Position numbers and translations under genes: made by a program. From an uncultured virus (IMG/VR IMGVR_UViG_3300023110_001306) (taxonomy: Duplodnaviria > Heunggongvirae > Uroviricota > Caudoviricetes), in the IMG/VR virus record IMGVR_UViG_3300023110_001306, positions 57,991-77,990 of that record: 20,000 bases of DNA; one strand, written 5' to 3'. Below are positions 17,109 through 20,000 of this stretch, piece after piece. The first letter of the stretch is position 1. Each line of letters opens with the position of its first letter. Below the pieces are notes generated by a model. That model was not told the DNA's origin. It did no database searches and saw nothing but the letters and a program-made list of their open reading frames with translations.

Positions 17109-17567
17109 TTAATTTCGACGCATTTGTGCGATTTCTGTGGCTTGTTTCTTACCATTACCGCTATCGTCTTCAAAAATTGGAACCATATTACTTTTGTGCA
17201 TTGTAGCAATGCCCAAAAGTTTTCTTTCACCTGTGTACTGCATTGGTTCCTTTTTAGTACAGGGTGAAAAACTTGCTGACGTTTGTAAACTTGGAATGTG
17301 TTTTGTTTCACGGGTAACAGTTGGGCCACTATAGTGCCACGGTGTATTGATAACAGTTTCTGTTTTGGTTTTTGGTTTGTATTCTCCGTGAATGTAATCA
17401 ATGTACTCGTCCAAAGTCATCATTAGTTTATGAAGTCCTTGTTTCTTGTATTCTTTATTTCGAATACGTAAATCTTCTTTCCAACGATCTAACTTTGCCT
17501 GTGTAATTTTACGCTTCTTCTTAGTTGTGTTAAGAGTAGTTAAGCCTCGAGCCAAATGCATTGTCAT
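17109..17567 (-). CDS. Basic phage hypothetical protein
   Basis: 152 aa; C-terminal YTGERKLLGIATMHKSNMVPIF resembles T4-like phage hypotheticals (recalled, not searched); own promoter. Confidence 0.75.
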   Translation of the reverse strand: MTMHLARGLTTLNTTKKKRKITQAKLDRWKEDLRIRNKEYKKQGLHKLMMTLDEYIDYIHGEYKPKTKTETVINTPWHYSGPTVTRETKHIPSLQTSASFSPCTKKEPMQYTGERKLLGIATMHKSNMVPIFEDDSGNGKKQATEIAQMRRN

Positions 17568-17598
17568 ATTGTCACCTTTATGTTACATTAACACACTT

Positions 17599-17636
17599 AT
17601 TGTAGTATATAGATGACAAAAAGTCAAGTGAAATTT
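17599..17636 (-). promoter_or_regulatory. Sigma70-type promoter with conserved upstream box
   Basis: AAATTTCAC-TTGACT-N17-TACAAT. Confidence 0.7.
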
Positions 17637-17640
17637 AGCC

Positions 17641-17664
17641 AAAAAAATAGGGCCCGAAGGCCCC
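17641..17664 (-). terminator. Rho-independent terminator after the porin gene
   Basis: GGGCC-TTCG-GGCCC followed by TATTTTTTT; cUUCGg tetraloop. Confidence 0.9.
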
Positions 17665-17680
17665 ATCTTTTATTTTAGTA

Positions 17681-18730
17681 TTAGAATTTGTATTTGACGC
17701 TTGCCAATACTTGCTGTGTTTCAGCGTGTTCGGCACCAGTAAATACGGAACGTCCACCTTTATCGTGGTAGTAAAGTCCCATTTCCAACCCGTCCTGTTT
17801 GTCAGAACGTTTTGAAGGATCGTAGTTTGTTGCTAGGTTATATACTACACCGTAGTAGTTACCATCATATCCTAAGTCATCATTTTCAGTTCTGTGTGCT
17901 GTAACATAAACGTTTTTGTTTACGTTATACATTACACCGTAATCTAAACGATCGTCTTTTGTATATGTGCCTGTATTCTTATCGTCCCACAGTTCAACAC
18001 CCCAAACTAATGGAACGTTCCATCTGTATAAACTACCACCAATTGAATAACCTTCTTGGTCACCTTTGCCTGAATCTTCAGGAGAAGTAATACGCATATA
18101 AGATACATCTGCATAACCCATTAAACTAATTGTACCTGTTGCATAACCTACGTTTCCGTCGTTATCCCAACCAAGTGAAACACCCCAAGGCTGTTCTTTC
18201 TTTAGTCTATATGAATCAAAATCAAATTCGTTGTCATATTCCCAACCACCAAATGTTAACACAGTTTTTTCTCTGTGATCAATTCTGTAGTTTGTTTCTG
18301 TATAGATTAGTGGAACAGAAATTTTAGGAGTCTTTGCGAATCCCATTCTTTGTGCGTCAGTTTCACCAATGTACCATCTTGCTACATCATTACCAAAACC
18401 TAATTGCTTTTCTTGAACAGTATTGTTTAATGTTGTATCTAATGAATAGTGAGTGTCGTACTTCATTGATGCCCCAATCCAATCCACTGAAAGTGTTTCA
18501 GGAATGTTTGTTGAAATACCTAGTTGCAATTCTGCACGTGAGTCCCAACCTGAATCATAGGTTTTGTCATCATAGTAACCTTCTACTTCACCATTTACAA
18601 AAAAGCCTTGCGGCAAGTTTGGAATATTATTTTCTAAAGCCTCTACTCTTTCTTCAAGACTTTTGTCATTAGCCAATGCACCTGTTGCAAATCCAAACAG
18701 GATGGCTAACACTAATGTTAGTTGTTTCAT
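17681..18730 (-). CDS. Outer-membrane beta-barrel / porin-like protein
   Basis: Sec signal peptide (…GALA|ND), short LEERVEALE coil, alternating aromatic beta-strands, C-terminal VKYKF (Bam signal). Confidence 0.75.
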   Translation of the reverse strand: MKQLTLVLAILFGFATGALANDKSLEERVEALENNIPNLPQGFFVNGEVEGYYDDKTYDSGWDSRAELQLGISTNIPETLSVDWIGASMKYDTHYSLDTTLNNTVQEKQLGFGNDVARWYIGETDAQRMGFAKTPKISVPLIYTETNYRIDHREKTVLTFGGWEYDNEFDFDSYRLKKEQPWGVSLGWDNDGNVGYATGTISLMGYADVSYMRITSPEDSGKGDQEGYSIGGSLYRWNVPLVWGVELWDDKNTGTYTKDDRLDYGVMYNVNKNVYVTAHRTENDDLGYDGNYYGVVYNLATNYDPSKRSDKQDGLEMGLYYHDKGGRSVFTGAEHAETQQVLASVKYKF

Positions 18731-18760
18731 TTTATTTGTTTTTCCTTATCTTTATTCGAA

Positions 18761-18784
18761 TAAAAAAGACACCTAGAGTGTCTT
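18761..18784 (-). terminator. Terminator-like hairpin in the porin leader
   Basis: AAGACAC-TCTAG-GTGTCTT followed by TTTTATT. Confidence 0.55.
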
Positions 18785-18829
18785 CTGCTTTTATTTATGC
18801 ACTCAAAGAGTGCAGTTGTTTATTTCTGG

Positions 18830-19288
18830 CTAATCCCACAAATTTTCGTAGTACTTGCCAAAAAGTCGGAAGCCATTTGAAATACGTTTCTGTTCTTTAT
18901 CTATTTCTTTTTTATCTTCAAGACGCATCCATACATCGTCTTTGTTTGCTTTACAATCGAACGCATATATCATTTCGTCAAGGACCCAATCCCAACGCTT
19001 AAAATGATTGTCATCTGTTTGGCCTTGATACATTGCACTAATCTGTTCTTTCGGTGGCCACAGTTCTTTTGGAACATCTTTTTCATCTACATAAGGAGCG
19101 CCGTGTTTTGTTTCCTTTAATTGTTTGAGCATAGGTAAGATAATTGGAGCAAGTGTATGATCCATACTCCAAGTATCCCACTTGTCAATATGTACTTTTA
19201 CTTTTTGTTCTGGACTGTATCCAAACTTGTCATACAGCCAATTGCTCCACGGCCAATGATCCGGGTACTTTCCAATTTTAACCTTCAT
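18830..19288 (-). CDS. Phage hypothetical protein
   Basis: 152 aa Trp-rich ORF: DTWSMDHTLAPIILPML...NGFRLFGKYYENLWD. Confidence 0.75.
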   Translation of the reverse strand: MKVKIGKYPDHWPWSNWLYDKFGYSPEQKVKVHIDKWDTWSMDHTLAPIILPMLKQLKETKHGAPYVDEKDVPKELWPPKEQISAMYQGQTDDNHFKRWDWVLDEMIYAFDCKANKDDVWMRLEDKKEIDKEQKRISNGFRLFGKYYENLWD

Positions 19289-19466
19289 AACTTACCACCT
19301 TTACGTTTTGTTCTTTGCCGGGCAAAGTAAATCCTCCTGCATATTCAAATGCTGTTTCTACATCTTCAAATAGAACAGGCTTAAGATTCCAATCGCATTT
19401 ACCTGTATTCTCTGTTACAAAAATCCAATCGTCTTTACCATCAAGGCAAATCATTATAGCGTACAC
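19278..19466 (-). CDS. Small hypothetical protein
   Basis: 62 aa, GTG start overlapping the upstream stop. Confidence 0.65.
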   Translation of the reverse strand: MYAIMICLDGKDDWIFVTENTGKCDWNLKPVLFEDVETAFEYAGGFTLPGKEQNVKVVSYEG

Positions 19467-19657
19467 TAGTAATCTACCTCTTCAAAACTTTCCTTAATAT
19501 ATGCCATATTGTATTTGGAGGGATAATGTTTTAACAATCTACTTGCTTCTTCTCTAACTGCTCGTGGCACCCGTGGATACTTCTTAGGATCTCGCAGGTC
19601 CATTAGAAATCGTTCTACGTTTAATACTGCATTTGTTCTTTCAATTGGTAATGTCAT
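19466..19657 (-). CDS. Small phage hypothetical protein
   Basis: MTLPIERTNAV...PRVPRAVREEASRLLKHYP; coupled start/stop overlaps. Confidence 0.7.
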   Translation of the reverse strand: MTLPIERTNAVLNVERFLMDLRDPKKYPRVPRAVREEASRLLKHYPSKYNMAYIKESFEEVDY

Positions 19658-19968
19658 AGTTCTACAATCTCTACACCGTCGCCAAACTTTTCTTTAAGTT
19701 CGTTGTAAACGCCAGCATTGCTCATACGCAATCCTTGATAATCTTTACGCAGATTATACACACTTCCGCTGTCAGTTTCAACTGTGATGTAGTCTTTTTC
19801 AACATCAATGTTCATTGTTTTAATAGGACTGCTCATACGCCAACTGTCACCGTATAGATACGAACCACTCCAGCCTGCGAGAATTTTTTGAAACTGTTCG
19901 CCGTTGTGTTTGATTTCTAATACTACCCAAGTATCTGGGGATATACCTTGTTCTGGTTCTAGTTTCAT
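19654..19968 (-). CDS. Phage hypothetical protein
   Basis: PDTWVVLEI...ILAGWSGSYLYGDSWRMSSPI...SGSVY; ATGA overlap with the next gene. Confidence 0.75.
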   Translation of the reverse strand: MKLEPEQGISPDTWVVLEIKHNGEQFQKILAGWSGSYLYGDSWRMSSPIKTMNIDVEKDYITVETDSGSVYNLRKDYQGLRMSNAGVYNELKEKFGDGVEIVEL

Positions 19969-20000
19969 TCTATCTCTGCTCCAAAGCCATTTTCAGTAGC

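Noticed and set aside
18796..18816. CIRCE (HrcA operator) because of GCACTC...GAGTGC arms
   Set aside because: Spacer is 3 nt rather than 9, outer TTA/TAA arms do not match, and it is not upstream of a chaperone gene
443..19497. Other plus-strand and nested ORFs in the track (e.g. 1710-2075, 5061-5393, 11645-12169, 11911-12165, 13306-13500, 17060-17401, 18334-18672)
   Set aside because: Overlap well-supported minus-strand genes and show no recognisable motifs
1..20000. tRNA, rRNA, CRISPR array, intron/intein or IS element
   Set aside because: Intergenic gaps are short; no cloverleaf, regularly spaced repeats, transposase or interrupted gene recognised by eye
19965..20000. 3' end of an upstream gene at the window edge
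   Set aside because: Only about 12 codons visible and the reading frame is ambiguous

Overview
AT-rich, gene-dense window coding almost entirely on the minus strand. It looks like a host-takeover/auxiliary region of a large T4-like or jumbo dsDNA phage, probably infecting an aquatic (alpha)proteobacterium. The host is inferred from the DnaK style, a pcyX-like gene and an RpoH-like promoter. No capsid or tail genes fall in the window, so phage origin is inferred from gene content and ATAAATA late-promoter motifs. Content: two ribosomal protein bS21 paralogs, a GIY-YIG-like protein, ClpP, an HExxH peptidase, DUF3307, a translationally coupled clpS-hemO-flavin-dependent halogenase-pcyX run, hsp20, dnaK, guaC, two 2OG-Fe(II) oxygenases, a membrane coiled-coil protein, three lipoproteins and a porin. 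Most notable: (1) a halogenase gene inserted between heme oxygenase and the bilin reductase, a candidate halogenated-bilin pathway; (2) a shared two-hairpin ROSE-like leader with a covarying stem before both hsp20 and dnaK; (3) an A9 slippery site whose -1 frame gives the membrane coiled-coil protein an alternative C-terminus. All family calls are from motif recognition by eye, not database searches.
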